DNA of 64,000 nt from assembly GCA_036304905.1 (NCBI GenBank), contig JAXIXR010000003.1, forward strand, positions 857-64,856. The letters are read 5' to 3'. This DNA comes from Collinsella sp. Its GTDB lineage: Bacteria > Actinomycetota > Coriobacteriia > Coriobacteriales > Coriobacteriaceae. This document shows positions 37,611 through 47,190 of this stretch, piece after piece. The translations under genes were made by a program, and so were the position numbers. Position 1 is the first letter of the stretch. Each line of letters starts with the position of its first letter. Under the pieces are notes generated by a model that did no database searches, was not told the DNA's origin, and worked only from the letters and a program-made list of their open reading frames with translations.

Positions 37611-38639
37611 CTAGCGCGCTGCGTACTCGAGCATACGGTCGAGCGTGAGCTTGGCCTGGTCTGCCGCCTCGTCCGAGACGCCGATCTGCACCTCGCCCTC
37701 GCCCGTCTCCAGGCAGCGCACGAGCTTCTCGAGCGTGATGAGATCCATGTTGACGCAGGTGGGCTGCACCGCGGGGAAGTAGAACTTCTTGCCAGTGCCC
37801 TGGCAGCGGCGCTCGAGCTCGTAGAGCACGCCGCGGACCGTCACGATAATGAACTCGCTCGCGTCGGACTCCTCGGCATACTTGATGATGCCGGCGGTGG
37901 AGCCGATGTAGTCGGCCTCGGCCAGAACGTCGGCCTTGCACTCAGGATGCGCCAGCACGAGCGCGTCGGGGTGGGCCTCCGTCACGTCGACGATCTGCTC
38001 GACGGTGATGATGTGATGGCGCGGGCAGTAGCCGTTGTTGAGGATGACGTGCTTTTGCGGCACCTGCTCGGCTACGAAGCGGCCCAGGTTTTGGTCGGGA
38101 ATGAACAGGATATGCTGCTGCGGCAGCTCGGACACGATCTTGACGGCGTTGGAGCTGGTGACGCACACGTCACTCCAGCTCTTGATCTCGACCGTCGAGT
38201 TGACGTAGCAGACCACGGCAAGGTCGTCACCGTACTCGGCGCGGGCGGCGTCGACCGTCTCGCGCTTGACCATGTGAGCCATGGGGCAGTCCGCGCCCGG
38301 CTCGGGCAGCAGCACGGTCTTAGTGGGATTGAGCAGTTTGGCGCTCTCGCCCATAAACTCCACGCCGCACAGCACGATGGTCTGCTGCGGCAGGCTTTTA
38401 GCGAGCTTAGCCAGGTAGAAGCTGTCGCCGACGTAATCAGCCACGGCCTGCACCTCGGGCGCCACGTAATAGTGCGCCAGAATCACCGCGTCGCGTTGGA
38501 TTTTTAGTTGCTGAATGGCCTCGACGAGCTCTGCGGGCACCAGCGCCGCGCGCTCCGTTGCCGTCGTTGCCGATGCCAGGCCGGCCGCAATATCGCGTGC
38601 AAGCTCCGATGCATCCATGTTCGCGCTCTGTGCCATCAA
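37611..38639 (-). CDS. nadA: Quinolinate synthase
   Basis: 342 aa, typical ILAHYYV...AVADYVGDS, HPEC and CVNM motifs. First gene of the nad operon. Confidence 0.9.
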   Translation of the reverse strand: MMAQSANMDASELARDIAAGLASATTATERAALVPAELVEAIQQLKIQRDAVILAHYYVAPEVQAVADYVGDSFYLAKLAKSLPQQTIVLCGVEFMGESAKLLNPTKTVLLPEPGADCPMAHMVKRETVDAARAEYGDDLAVVCYVNSTVEIKSWSDVCVTSSNAVKIVSELPQQHILFIPDQNLGRFVAEQVPQKHVILNNGYCPRHHIITVEQIVDVTEAHPDALVLAHPECKADVLAEADYIGSTAGIIKYAEESDASEFIIVTVRGVLYELERRCQGTGKKFYFPAVQPTCVNMDLITLEKLVRCLETGEGEVQIGVSDEAADQAKLTLDRMLEYAAR

Positions 38640-38677
38640 GGCCCCTCTCTTTTGGCGAATCTTGGGGCTTTAGTATG

Positions 38678-38721
38678 ACACCTAGGTTTACAGCTGACAA
38701 GACAGCTGTAAACCTAGGTGT
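38678..38721. promoter_or_regulatory. 44-bp perfect palindrome upstream of nadA, candidate NiaR operator
   Basis: ACACCTAGGTTTACAGCTG-acaaga-CAGCTGTAAACCTAGGTGT, about 40 nt upstream of the nadA start. Confidence 0.5.
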
Positions 38722-38929
38722 AAAGCTGAAATAAAGATTCAATCATGTGTCAGGTCCATTTTCGAACTGGCAAGCTGAGGATAGCCGAGCTCTCGATAGC
38801 GCAGGAGGCATCTTTCGCCACCGCAATACCGCTCGGCGCGAGTTGCGCGACGTGGGGCGCAAATGGGACACGCCTCCGCGAGCGGTCCGCACCCAATGTG
38901 GCAAAATCGAACTACTAAGGGGGCTCAGA

Positions 38930-39652
38930 ATGCTCAAGATTATTGCCTGCGACGACGACGTCGCTTTTCTAGATAGACTGCACCGGATGATCGACCGTTG
39001 GTCGAGCGAGACGGGCACGGCGGTCGATGTTGCGCTCGTCACGCGCGGCGAGGACCTGCTGGCGCGCCATGCCGCGTCGCGCGCCGACATCATCCTGCTC
39101 GACATGATCATGCCGCTCGTCAACGGCATGGACACCGCGCGCGAACTGCGCCAGGCCGATACCGCCGTGCGCCTGGTGTTCCTCACCTCGTCGCCCGAGT
39201 TCGCGCTGGAATCCTACGAGGTCCGCGCCTTCGACTACCTGCTCAAGCCCGTGACTTACGAACGCCTGGCGCAGTTACTCGACGAGCTTTCGAGCATGCG
39301 CCCGGCGGCAACCGACGAGCTCGTGATCAAAACTTCCTTTGGCTACCACGCCCTGCGCCTGTCCGACATCGAATATGCCGAAGCGCGCAACAAGCACGTG
39401 GTCTTCCACCTGCGCGACGGACGCGATATCGAGGCACTCGAGTCATTCCGCAGCGTCGAGGACCGTTTGGTGCAAAATGCCACCTTCTTTAAATGCCACC
39501 GCAGCTACCAGGTCAACCTGCGCAATATCGATCACTTTGACCGCACGGACATCGTCATGCGCTCGGGCGCGTGCATCCCGCTTTCGCGCAGCTGCAAGCA
39601 GGGATTCCAAGACGCCTACTTTGCGGCGCGCTTTGAGGGTGGGAGACACTGA
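38930..39652 (+). CDS. LytR/AlgR-family response regulator (receiver plus LytTR domain)
   Basis: MLKIIACDDD...ADIILLDMIMP receiver. LytTR part YAEARNKHVVFHLRDG...FFKCHRSYQVNLRNI. ATG 38930 after AAGGGGG. Confidence 0.85.
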   Translation: MLKIIACDDDVAFLDRLHRMIDRWSSETGTAVDVALVTRGEDLLARHAASRADIILLDMIMPLVNGMDTARELRQADTAVRLVFLTSSPEFALESYEVRAFDYLLKPVTYERLAQLLDELSSMRPAATDELVIKTSFGYHALRLSDIEYAEARNKHVVFHLRDGRDIEALESFRSVEDRLVQNATFFKCHRSYQVNLRNIDHFDRTDIVMRSGACIPLSRSCKQGFQDAYFAARFEGGRH

Positions 39653-40929
39653 TGGTCTCCTCGGTCGAAATGGTCCTTTGGGCAATCCACCACGCCACGA
39701 CGCTGCTCTTTGGCGTCTTTGCCTCGGCGGCGCTGTGCGGTGTCGAGATCAACCGGCGTCATGCGCTTGAACTGGTGCTGGTCGGTGCCGTAACCGGATG
39801 CGCATTTGGCCTCGCCAATGCCGTCGGCGGCGAGCTTTTCGCCCGCCAGGTATATCCGATCGTCGTGCATCTGCCGCTCGTCATCTATTTGTGCGCGCGC
39901 TACCGCCTGAGCCCGCTGCTTGCCGTGCTCGGCATTACGAGTGCCTATCTGAGCTGCCAGTTCAGCAATTGGATGGGCATCGCCGCATTTGCCGCAACCG
40001 ATTCTCAGATCGCGTACTATCTGGCGCGCATCGCGACCACACTCGCCGTCTTTGCCGTCCTGTTGCATTGGGCCGGCGACATCGGTCCGCGCTTGGCGAT
40101 TAAAAGCACCACCGAGCTGGGCATCCTTTTAATCCTGCCGCTCGTCTATTACGTCTTTGACTATGCCACCAACGTCTACACCACGCTGTTCCACTCGGGC
40201 TCGGTGGTAACGGTTGAGTTTTTGGCATTTGCGCTCTGTGCCTTCTATCTTATGTTTCTTGCCGTTTACCTGCGCGAATACGAAGAAAAGGAAACCGCCG
40301 AGCGAGAGCGCTGGATGCTCGAAACCCGCGACAGCGCCGCCATCAAAGAGCTCGAGGCTTGGCGTCAATCTGGGCGCGAGCTGTCGATTCTTCGCCACGA
40401 CATGCGCCACTTCCTACGCGGCCTGGCCGCTTTAATTAAGGAGGGCCACACCGACGAGGCGCTCGATCGCATCGACGAACTCTGCGAAGCCGGCGACCGC
40501 ACCGCCGTACGCCGCTTCTGCGCCAACGAGACCGTAAACATCGCGCTTTCGTCATTTAACTCGGATATCAATAGAAACGGCATTACCGCCAACCTGCGCG
40601 CCGCCGTACCCGAAACCATCCACGTAGGTGAAGCCGACCTGTTTAGCGTGCTCTCAAATGCCTTGGAAAACGCTATCACCGCCGCAAGCACCGCACCCCA
40701 AGGAAAGCGATTCGTCGACTTTGACCTGCGATTAGAGGACGGCCAGCTGCTGCTGTTAGTTTCCAACACGTTTGACCGCGCGCCGCGCATGGTCGACGGC
40801 ATGCCCGTAGCCGGGCACACCGGACACGGCTTTGGAACCAAGAGCATTAAGCTTGCCGTCGAACGCATGAACGGCAACTGCCAGTTCCGCATTAACGGCG
40901 ATCGGTTTGAGCTGCGCGCTGTGATGTAG
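39652..40929 (+). CDS. AgrC-like (HPK10-type) membrane sensor histidine kinase
   Basis: 6-7 TM segments, H box LSILRHDMRHFL, N box LSNALENAITAA, G box GHGFGTKS. TGATG overlap with the regulator gene. Confidence 0.8.
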   Translation: MVSSVEMVLWAIHHATTLLFGVFASAALCGVEINRRHALELVLVGAVTGCAFGLANAVGGELFARQVYPIVVHLPLVIYLCARYRLSPLLAVLGITSAYLSCQFSNWMGIAAFAATDSQIAYYLARIATTLAVFAVLLHWAGDIGPRLAIKSTTELGILLILPLVYYVFDYATNVYTTLFHSGSVVTVEFLAFALCAFYLMFLAVYLREYEEKETAERERWMLETRDSAAIKELEAWRQSGRELSILRHDMRHFLRGLAALIKEGHTDEALDRIDELCEAGDRTAVRRFCANETVNIALSSFNSDINRNGITANLRAAVPETIHVGEADLFSVLSNALENAITAASTAPQGKRFVDFDLRLEDGQLLLLVSNTFDRAPRMVDGMPVAGHTGHGFGTKSIKLAVERMNGNCQFRINGDRFELRAVM

Positions 40930-40993
40930 AAGTGCGGCGCCGATCTCGAGGCGCGCCTTGCCCGCCAGACAATCGCTCGCCGGCGCCAATCCG

Positions 40994-41569
40994 CTACAGC
41001 GGAGCGGCTGCCGGGGTCAGCTGCTTGATGTATGCCCACATGCGCTGCTTGGCGGCCTTGTCGGTGAGTGCCGCCTCAAAGCCGTCGAGCGCGAGCACGC
41101 GGCGGCCCTGCACATGGGCGACCAGGCCGGGCTTGAGCATAGCGGTATCGAAGTCGTCGATTGCCACAAGCATGTCGGCATAGGTCTCGCGCATGGTATC
41201 GGCCGCGCGATCGTCCAGCAGCAGAACCGCCTCGGGGTCCAAAGCCTCAAGCGCCTCACGGAACAGCTCGCACGGCAGAGTCTCGCCCACCGCGACCGCT
41301 CCGTCACCCACGCCGGCGACGCTTGCCAGCACGCAAAAATCCTCGGGCGCGTAGCCGATGGCCCCAAGCGCCTTGCGCAACGCCGCGCCATCCGGGCCGG
41401 CGGCAAGCTCGCCACCCGAACGCTCGGCCTCGTCCAAATCGCCTTTGACCAGCACGATCGGCGAGCACGCGTTGCCCGCGATACGCACGCCACGGCCCGC
41501 GAGCGATGCGAGCTCCTGCTCGGTCGCCTGGGCGATGGCTTCTTTTTTCTGGCTTTGTGACGTGGGCAT
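40994..41569 (-). CDS. Uracil-DNA-glycosylase-superfamily-like protein (family-4-like fold, catalytic motif apparently degenerate)
   Basis: LVKGDLDEAERSGGELAAGPDGAALRKALGAIGY resembles the family-4 motif-A region, but GEAPG is replaced by KGDLD. Call is tentative. Confidence 0.4.
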   Translation of the reverse strand: MPTSQSQKKEAIAQATEQELASLAGRGVRIAGNACSPIVLVKGDLDEAERSGGELAAGPDGAALRKALGAIGYAPEDFCVLASVAGVGDGAVAVGETLPCELFREALEALDPEAVLLLDDRAADTMRETYADMLVAIDDFDTAMLKPGLVAHVQGRRVLALDGFEAALTDKAAKQRMWAYIKQLTPAAAPL

Positions 41570-41705
41570 GCGCTCTCCAATCGTTTGCGTGCCCACCATT
41601 ATATAAAAGAGCCGCCCGCGAGTGGTTGCTTTGCGGGCGGCTGGGTATAAGCACGGTCGTACTGAGTTTTACGCGGCCGAGCCGCGTCGCATTATGGAGG
41701 TCACC

Positions 41706-42026
41706 ATGGCTGACATTAAGCAGATTACCCCCGAGAACTTCGATTCCGTCGTTAACGACAGCCTGCCCGTGCTGGTCGATTTTTGGGCACCGTGGTGCGG
41801 TCCCTGCCGCTCCCTCTCGCCCATCGTTGACGAGGTTGCCGATGAGCTGGCGGGCAAGCTTGCCGTTGCCAAATGCAACGTCGACGACAACCAGGACCTG
41901 GCCATGAAGTATGGCGTCATGAGCATCCCCACGCTGATTGTGTTTAAGAACGGCGAGGAGATTGACCGCTCGGTTGGCGCTCTGCCCAAGACGAGGCTGC
42001 AGGCGCTGCTGGAGAAGCATCTGTAA
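41706..42026 (+). CDS. trxA: Thioredoxin
   Basis: VLVDFWAPWCGPCRSL, 106 aa. ATG 41706 after GGAGG. Confidence 0.92.
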   Translation: MADIKQITPENFDSVVNDSLPVLVDFWAPWCGPCRSLSPIVDEVADELAGKLAVAKCNVDDNQDLAMKYGVMSIPTLIVFKNGEEIDRSVGALPKTRLQALLEKHL

Positions 42027-42247
42027 TACGCTTGTTACTTACCCGCCGTCCATGAGCGCTTTTGCACCGCTCGCCGGACTTCTGGATGCACCGAGTGCAA
42101 CCACGGATAGTATGGTAGTCACAAACAGCCCCCAGTGAACGGGTGCGGGTCGCACAGACTCGTACCCGTTTTCTTATGCAGCTGCGCGCAGAGCGGGCGT
42201 AGTAAAATCTGAACCACTGAACTGCCCCATACAAAAGGAGATTTTCC

Positions 42248-42496
42248 ATGCATGATGTTGGAATGAACATGAGCCAGCTTGCCATGAGCGTCAAACAGGT
42301 CGACGACACCATCGAGCTCGCTCATGAGTGGAGCCATCAGCTGCTGCATGCGACCGAGAATTTTGACATGGAGCGCATCGGCGCCAAGCTCGAGGCCGCC
42401 ATGGCCGCGCTGCACGAGGCGCATGACGCGCTCGAGGGCTACGAGGAAGCCATCGAGGCCGACCACAACTCCGTCGGCTCCGTGAAGCTGGTGTAA
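42248..42496 (+). CDS. Small His/Glu-rich helical protein, translationally adjacent to nikR
   Basis: AAAAGGAG RBS. 82 aa with 8 His. Stop lies 1 nt before the nikR GTG. Confidence 0.45.
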   Translation: MHDVGMNMSQLAMSVKQVDDTIELAHEWSHQLLHATENFDMERIGAKLEAAMAALHEAHDALEGYEEAIEADHNSVGSVKLV

Positions 42497-42497
42497 C

Positions 42498-43010
42498 GTG
42501 GCCGAACATGAGCACGGCTGCGGGTACGAGCACGAGCATCCGCACGGGGCGGATGGTGACGCAGGCTGCCACTGTAGTGGCTCCGGCTCCGAGCTGGTCC
42601 GCTTTTCGGTTACCGCACCGGACGACCTGCTGCGCCGTTTTGACGAACAGATCGCGCGCCGCGGCGACGTGGCCAACCGCTCCGAGGCCGTGCGCGACCT
42701 GATTCGCGCCTCGATCGCCAAGGAGCAGATGCGCACGCCCGATGAGCATGTTATCGGGTCGCTCACCATGATCTACGACCACCATACCGGCGACCTGACG
42801 CGCCGTCTGGACGAAGTGCAGCACGACTACACCGACGAGATCGTATCGACCATGCACGTGCATCTGGATCACCACAACTGTTTGGAGATTCTGGCGCTCA
42901 AGGGTCGTGGCGAGCGCGTCTACGAACTAGCCGACCGCCTGCTGGGCCTGCGCGGCGTTAAGCACGGCGAGCTCACCTGCGCCGCCACCAAGCAGAGCCT
43001 GGGGCTATAG
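42498..43010 (+). CDS. nikR: Nickel-responsive regulator NikR with His/Cys-rich N-terminal extension
   Basis: RHH domain VRFSVTAPDDLLRRFDEQIARRG. Ni site HVHLDHHNC. Extra N-terminus MAEHEHGCGYEHEHPHGADGDAGCHC. Confidence 0.85.
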   Translation: MAEHEHGCGYEHEHPHGADGDAGCHCSGSGSELVRFSVTAPDDLLRRFDEQIARRGDVANRSEAVRDLIRASIAKEQMRTPDEHVIGSLTMIYDHHTGDLTRRLDEVQHDYTDEIVSTMHVHLDHHNCLEILALKGRGERVYELADRLLGLRGVKHGELTCAATKQSLGL

Positions 43011-43033
43011 CGGGATTTCCCGCAGCGCACCTG

Positions 43034-43104
43034 CCAAAAAGGGACAGGTTTGTTTTGGCAGGTTTAGAAGTTTTACCTACCAAAATAAACCTGTCCCTTT
43101 TTGG
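43034..43104 (+). other. 71-nt near-perfect hairpin between nikR and hypF (attenuator/terminator or repeat module)
   Basis: CCAAAAAGGGACAGGTTTGTTTTGGCAGGT...ACCTACCAAAATAAACCTGTCCCTTTTTGG. Contains the GGGACAGG motif seen in other hairpins in the window. Confidence 0.5.
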
Positions 43105-43127
43105 TCGGTTTTGATGAGGGGTGTCGC

Positions 43128-45599
43128 ATGCGGCATGCGCATATTCATGTGACGGGCATTGTGCAGGGCGTTGGCATGCGACCGTTTGTGTATCGCGAGG
43201 CCATGGCACATGGCATTTGTGGATGGGTGCTCAATGCGGGCGACGGCGTGCATATCGAGGCGCACGCTCCGGCCGATGCGCTCGATGCTTTTGTTGCCGC
43301 GCTTTCTGAGCATGCGCCTGCGGCAGCCCGCGTAGAGCATGTCGAGGTTGTGGACTTGGCAGCCAACGGTTGGGATGCCGCCAACGAACAGGGCTTTCGC
43401 ATCGTAGCATCGCAGGACCAGACCGCGCACACGACGCTCGTCTCGCCCGATATCGCCACCTGTGACGATTGCCTGCGCGAGTTGTTCGATCCCGCCGACC
43501 GACGCTATCACTACCCCTTTATCAACTGCACTAACTGCGGCCCACGCTTTACCATCATCCGATCGCTGCCTTATGACCGAGCGGCCACGTCGATGGATTG
43601 TTTTCCCATGTGTCCCAAGTGCGCTGCGGAGTATGTCGACCCACTCGACCGGCGTTTTCACGCGCAGCCCGATGCCTGCTTTGATTGCGGGCCGCATATT
43701 ACGTGGCGCGAGGCTGTAAACGGCAATGCGTGCGGGAATTCGTCCGCGACACCGGCCGTCGGCACCACACGCGAGGCCAGCGACGCTATCATCGAGCGCT
43801 GCGTTGAGCTGCTGGCCAGCGGTGGCATCGTCGCCATCAAGGGCCTGGGCGGATTCCATCTAGCCTGTGACGCTGCCAACGAGCAGGCGGTGGCCGAGTT
43901 GCGCCGTCGCAAACGCCGCAGCAACAAACCACTTGCCGTCATGGTACGTAGTCTTGCTGATACCGAGCGCCTGTGTCATATCGATGATGCTGAACGCGAT
44001 CTGCTCGCTGGCAGTATCCGTCCCATCGTGCTGCTGCGCCGGCGCACTGTTAGCGAGGACAACGACGGTTCCCCCGACATCCTCGCCCTCGCGCCATCTG
44101 TCGCGCACGACCTGCCCGAGCTCGGCGTCATGCTCCCCTATACGCCGCTTCAACATCTGTTGCTTGCCGCGGCAGAAGTCTGCGGTATGCACGCGCTCGT
44201 CATGACCAGCGGAAACCTGAGCGAAGAACCCATCGAGACCGACGACGACCTTGCCTGGGAACACCTCGTTGCCGCCGGCATCGCCGACGCGTTGCTCGGT
44301 AACGACCGCGCGATTCTCTCGCGCTATGACGATTCCGTGGTGCGCGTGGTCGACGGCGCCGTTATGCCCGTGCGCCGCGCTCGGGGATATGCACCCCAGC
44401 CGCTGCCGTTGCCGGCGCTCGACGGCGCTCCGTCCTGCGTGCTCGCCTGCGGGCCACAACAAAAGGCCACGATTGCGCTCACACGTGAAGGGACGAACGG
44501 CGAGGCGCCCTGTTTTGTGTCGCAGCATATCGGCGATGTTGAAAACGGCGGGACCTTCGATGCCTGGAACGCCGCGCGCACGCGCTTGGAAGATCTCTTT
44601 GATTTGGCGCCCGCCGCCTTGGCCTGCGATGTACACCCCAGCTATCTATCGGGCCAGTGGGCGCGCGAGCAGGCGCGAAAATGCAATCTGCCGCTCGTCG
44701 AGGTGCAGCACCATCATGCGCATATCGCGAGCGTAATGGCCGAGGCCATCGCCGCGGGCCAGCTTACAACCGACGCGCGCGTCCTTGGCATCGCCTTTGA
44801 CGGCACCGGCGCCGGCACCGATGGGACCATTTGGGGCGGCGAGTTTCTTGTTGCCAGCCTTGGCGGCTTTGAACGCGCCGCGCATTTGCGCACCTGGGCG
44901 CTCCCCGGCGGGGCGGCCTCCGTGCGCGACGCCCGCCGCAACGCCTTTGCCCTGCTCAGTGAGCTCGGTCTGCTCGAGCACCCAGGTGCCGCTCGGCTTT
45001 TGGACAGCCTCGACGAGCAAACGCGCAGCGTGACAGCCACCATGATCGAGCGCGGCATCAACAGCCCGCGTACCAGCAGCATGGGGCGTCTCTTTGATGC
45101 CGCGGCAGCAATTCTGGGCATCTGCGACAAGGCAACCTACGAGGGCGAACCCGCCATCGAGCTTGAGGCCGCCGCCTGGCGCGCGCTCGACAACGAAATC
45201 GCCCATTTTCCCGACAACAACGCCGGCTATTTCGCATCTGGCCCATCGTGGCTGGACGGCCCCTATGTTCTGGACCAGAAAGCACTCTTTGAGGCACTTT
45301 TGGGAGGAATTGAAGCCGGAGCGCCCGCCGACAGGCTCGCACTCGATTTCCATGTCTCCGTCGCGCGCTCCTCGGCGCGCATCGCCAGCGATATCTGCGT
45401 GCACGAGGGCATCGACACCGTCGCGCTCTCGGGCGGCGTCTTCATGAACCGACTTCTGCTTCAACTCCTCACCCGCGAGCTCAAAAGCGCAGGCCTTACT
45501 GCCCTCGTCCCCCAAACCGTGCCCGTTAACGACGGCTGCATCGCCTACGGTCAGGCGGCAGTCGCACGCGCTCGCCTCGCGCAGATTGCATCACAGTAG
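43128..45599 (+). CDS. hypF: [NiFe]-hydrogenase maturation carbamoyltransferase HypF
   Basis: Acylphosphatase-like N-terminus, two CxxC-x18-CxxC zinc fingers (CDDC...CTNCGPRF, CPKC...CFDCGP), YrdC-like and Kae1-like domains. Confidence 0.93.
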   Translation: MRHAHIHVTGIVQGVGMRPFVYREAMAHGICGWVLNAGDGVHIEAHAPADALDAFVAALSEHAPAAARVEHVEVVDLAANGWDAANEQGFRIVASQDQTAHTTLVSPDIATCDDCLRELFDPADRRYHYPFINCTNCGPRFTIIRSLPYDRAATSMDCFPMCPKCAAEYVDPLDRRFHAQPDACFDCGPHITWREAVNGNACGNSSATPAVGTTREASDAIIERCVELLASGGIVAIKGLGGFHLACDAANEQAVAELRRRKRRSNKPLAVMVRSLADTERLCHIDDAERDLLAGSIRPIVLLRRRTVSEDNDGSPDILALAPSVAHDLPELGVMLPYTPLQHLLLAAAEVCGMHALVMTSGNLSEEPIETDDDLAWEHLVAAGIADALLGNDRAILSRYDDSVVRVVDGAVMPVRRARGYAPQPLPLPALDGAPSCVLACGPQQKATIALTREGTNGEAPCFVSQHIGDVENGGTFDAWNAARTRLEDLFDLAPAALACDVHPSYLSGQWAREQARKCNLPLVEVQHHHAHIASVMAEAIAAGQLTTDARVLGIAFDGTGAGTDGTIWGGEFLVASLGGFERAAHLRTWALPGGAASVRDARRNAFALLSELGLLEHPGAARLLDSLDEQTRSVTATMIERGINSPRTSSMGRLFDAAAAILGICDKATYEGEPAIELEAAAWRALDNEIAHFPDNNAGYFASGPSWLDGPYVLDQKALFEALLGGIEAGAPADRLALDFHVSVARSSARIASDICVHEGIDTVALSGGVFMNRLLLQLLTRELKSAGLTALVPQTVPVNDGCIAYGQAAVARARLAQIASQ

Positions 45600-45733
45600 C
45601 TCGCCCTCGCACGCCGCCGCGCCCAGCCGTCTCACAGGCGTAACGCGTTTGCCCGCGAACCCCGCGAGCGCTACCATCAACTGATGGATTATTAAGCGCC
45701 CATCCAGCGCAAAGCGTATAAAAGGGGAACAAT

Positions 45734-45994
45734 ATGTGCCTTGCCGTTCCCGGCAAAGTAGTCAAACGCGACGACGACCTCAAGGCCACCGTCGACATGA
45801 TGGGCATCGAGCGCCCCGTGTCGCTGAGACTCGTGCCGACGGCGCAGGTAGGCGACTATATTCTCGTACACGCCGGCTTTGGCATCCAGATCGTCGACGA
45901 GCAGGAAGCGCAAGAAACGCTCGAGCTCGTTAATGCCATGACCGAACTGGCCGAAGAAGACCAACTGGCCAGCAACCCGGCCGAGGCATACTAG
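45734..45994 (+). CDS. hypC: Hydrogenase maturation protein HypC
   Basis: MCLAVPGKVV N-terminus, 86 aa. Confidence 0.9.
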   Translation: MCLAVPGKVVKRDDDLKATVDMMGIERPVSLRLVPTAQVGDYILVHAGFGIQIVDEQEAQETLELVNAMTELAEEDQLASNPAEAY

Positions 45995-47106
45995 TGGCGG
46001 CCGGACAGCCGGCGCGCTCCGGTATCGACTTTTCGGCATTTCGCGATTCCAAGCTGGCTCGCAAGCTCATCGAGCGCATTCATGAGCTTGCCGGCGACCG
46101 CGCCATCAACCTTATGGAAGTCTGCGGCACGCATACCGTGAGTATCGGGCGCTATGGCTTTCGCTCCATTATGCCTGCCGGGCTCAAACTGCTGAGCGGT
46201 CCGGGTTGCCCCGTCTGCGTTACCGCCAACCGCGACATCGACCACGCAATCGCGCTCGCCAACATAGACGGCGCCATCATCACCACCTTTGGCGACATGA
46301 TGCGCGTGCCCGGGTCATCCACCTCGCTCGCTGCGCAAAAGGCGGCAGGGCGTGACATTCGCATCGTCTACTCCCCGCTCGACGCGCTCGACATTGCCGA
46401 GCAAAACCCCGATCGCCCGGTCATTTTTATGGGCGTGGGCTTTGAGACCACAACGCCCACCATCGCCGCCGCCATTTTGGAGGCCGATGCACGCGGACTC
46501 CAGAACTTCTCGGTCTACTGCGCCCACAAGACCACGCCGCCGGCGCTGCGCGCCATCGCCAACGATCCCGAGACCACTATCGACGGCTTTATCCTGCCGG
46601 GCCACGTCGCCACCATCACGGGCTTAGCCCCCTTTGGCTTTTTGGTCGACGAGTTTAAGACTCCAGGCGTGGTAACGGGATTTGAGCCGGTCGACATCTT
46701 GCAGGGTATCTGCATGCTGGTCCAGATGGTTGTTGAGGGGCAACCCGCGATCGACAACGCCTACCGTCGCGGCGTCAATGCCGACGGCAATCCTGTGGCG
46801 CGCCAGCTGGTCGAGCAGGTATTTGAGCCGTGCGATACCACGTGGCGCGGGCTGGGATCGATTGCGGCTTCGGGACTCGCCATTCGTCCCGAGTTTTCGC
46901 ACTTTGATGCCAGCATGCGCTTTGACGTGTCCATCGAGCCGACGGTCGAGCCACGCGGGTGCCGCTGCGGCGACGTGCTGCGCGGGGCCATTACGCCGAG
47001 CGACTGCCCCCTGTTCGACCACGCTTGTACGCCCGAGCATCCCGTCGGCCCCTGCATGGTGAGCTCCGAGGGCAGCTGCGCAGCATATTTCCGCTACCGA
47101 GGCTAA
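45994..47106 (+). CDS. hypD: Hydrogenase maturation protein HypD
   Basis: MEVCGTHT, GPGCPVCV. GTG start overlaps the hypC stop (TAGTG). Confidence 0.92.
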   Translation: MAAGQPARSGIDFSAFRDSKLARKLIERIHELAGDRAINLMEVCGTHTVSIGRYGFRSIMPAGLKLLSGPGCPVCVTANRDIDHAIALANIDGAIITTFGDMMRVPGSSTSLAAQKAAGRDIRIVYSPLDALDIAEQNPDRPVIFMGVGFETTTPTIAAAILEADARGLQNFSVYCAHKTTPPALRAIANDPETTIDGFILPGHVATITGLAPFGFLVDEFKTPGVVTGFEPVDILQGICMLVQMVVEGQPAIDNAYRRGVNADGNPVARQLVEQVFEPCDTTWRGLGSIAASGLAIRPEFSHFDASMRFDVSIEPTVEPRGCRCGDVLRGAITPSDCPLFDHACTPEHPVGPCMVSSEGSCAAYFRYRG

Positions 47107-47112
47107 TAGGTT

Positions 47113-47151
47113 CCGCCGTTCTAACGAACGGCGGACCAGTCGACGCTGCGC
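47113..47151 (+). repeat. Hairpin plus GACGCTGCGC box module (copy of 13467-13505)
   Basis: CCGCCGTT-ctaacg-AACGGCGG, then 7 nt, then GACGCTGCGC, directly after the hypD stop. Confidence 0.65.
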
Positions 47152-47190
47152 CTCACCCATATAATTCCACCCACGATTGGAGTTTTCGAT

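Noticed and set aside
36178-37941. Full 587-aa version of the NadB ORF, and likewise the long N-terminal extensions of the ORFs at 24752-27286, 50309-51268, 49515-50243 and 38747-39652
   Set aside because: The upstream parts are Arg-rich nonsense overlapping neighbouring genes or promoters. Internal starts with good RBS give proteins of canonical length and N-terminus.
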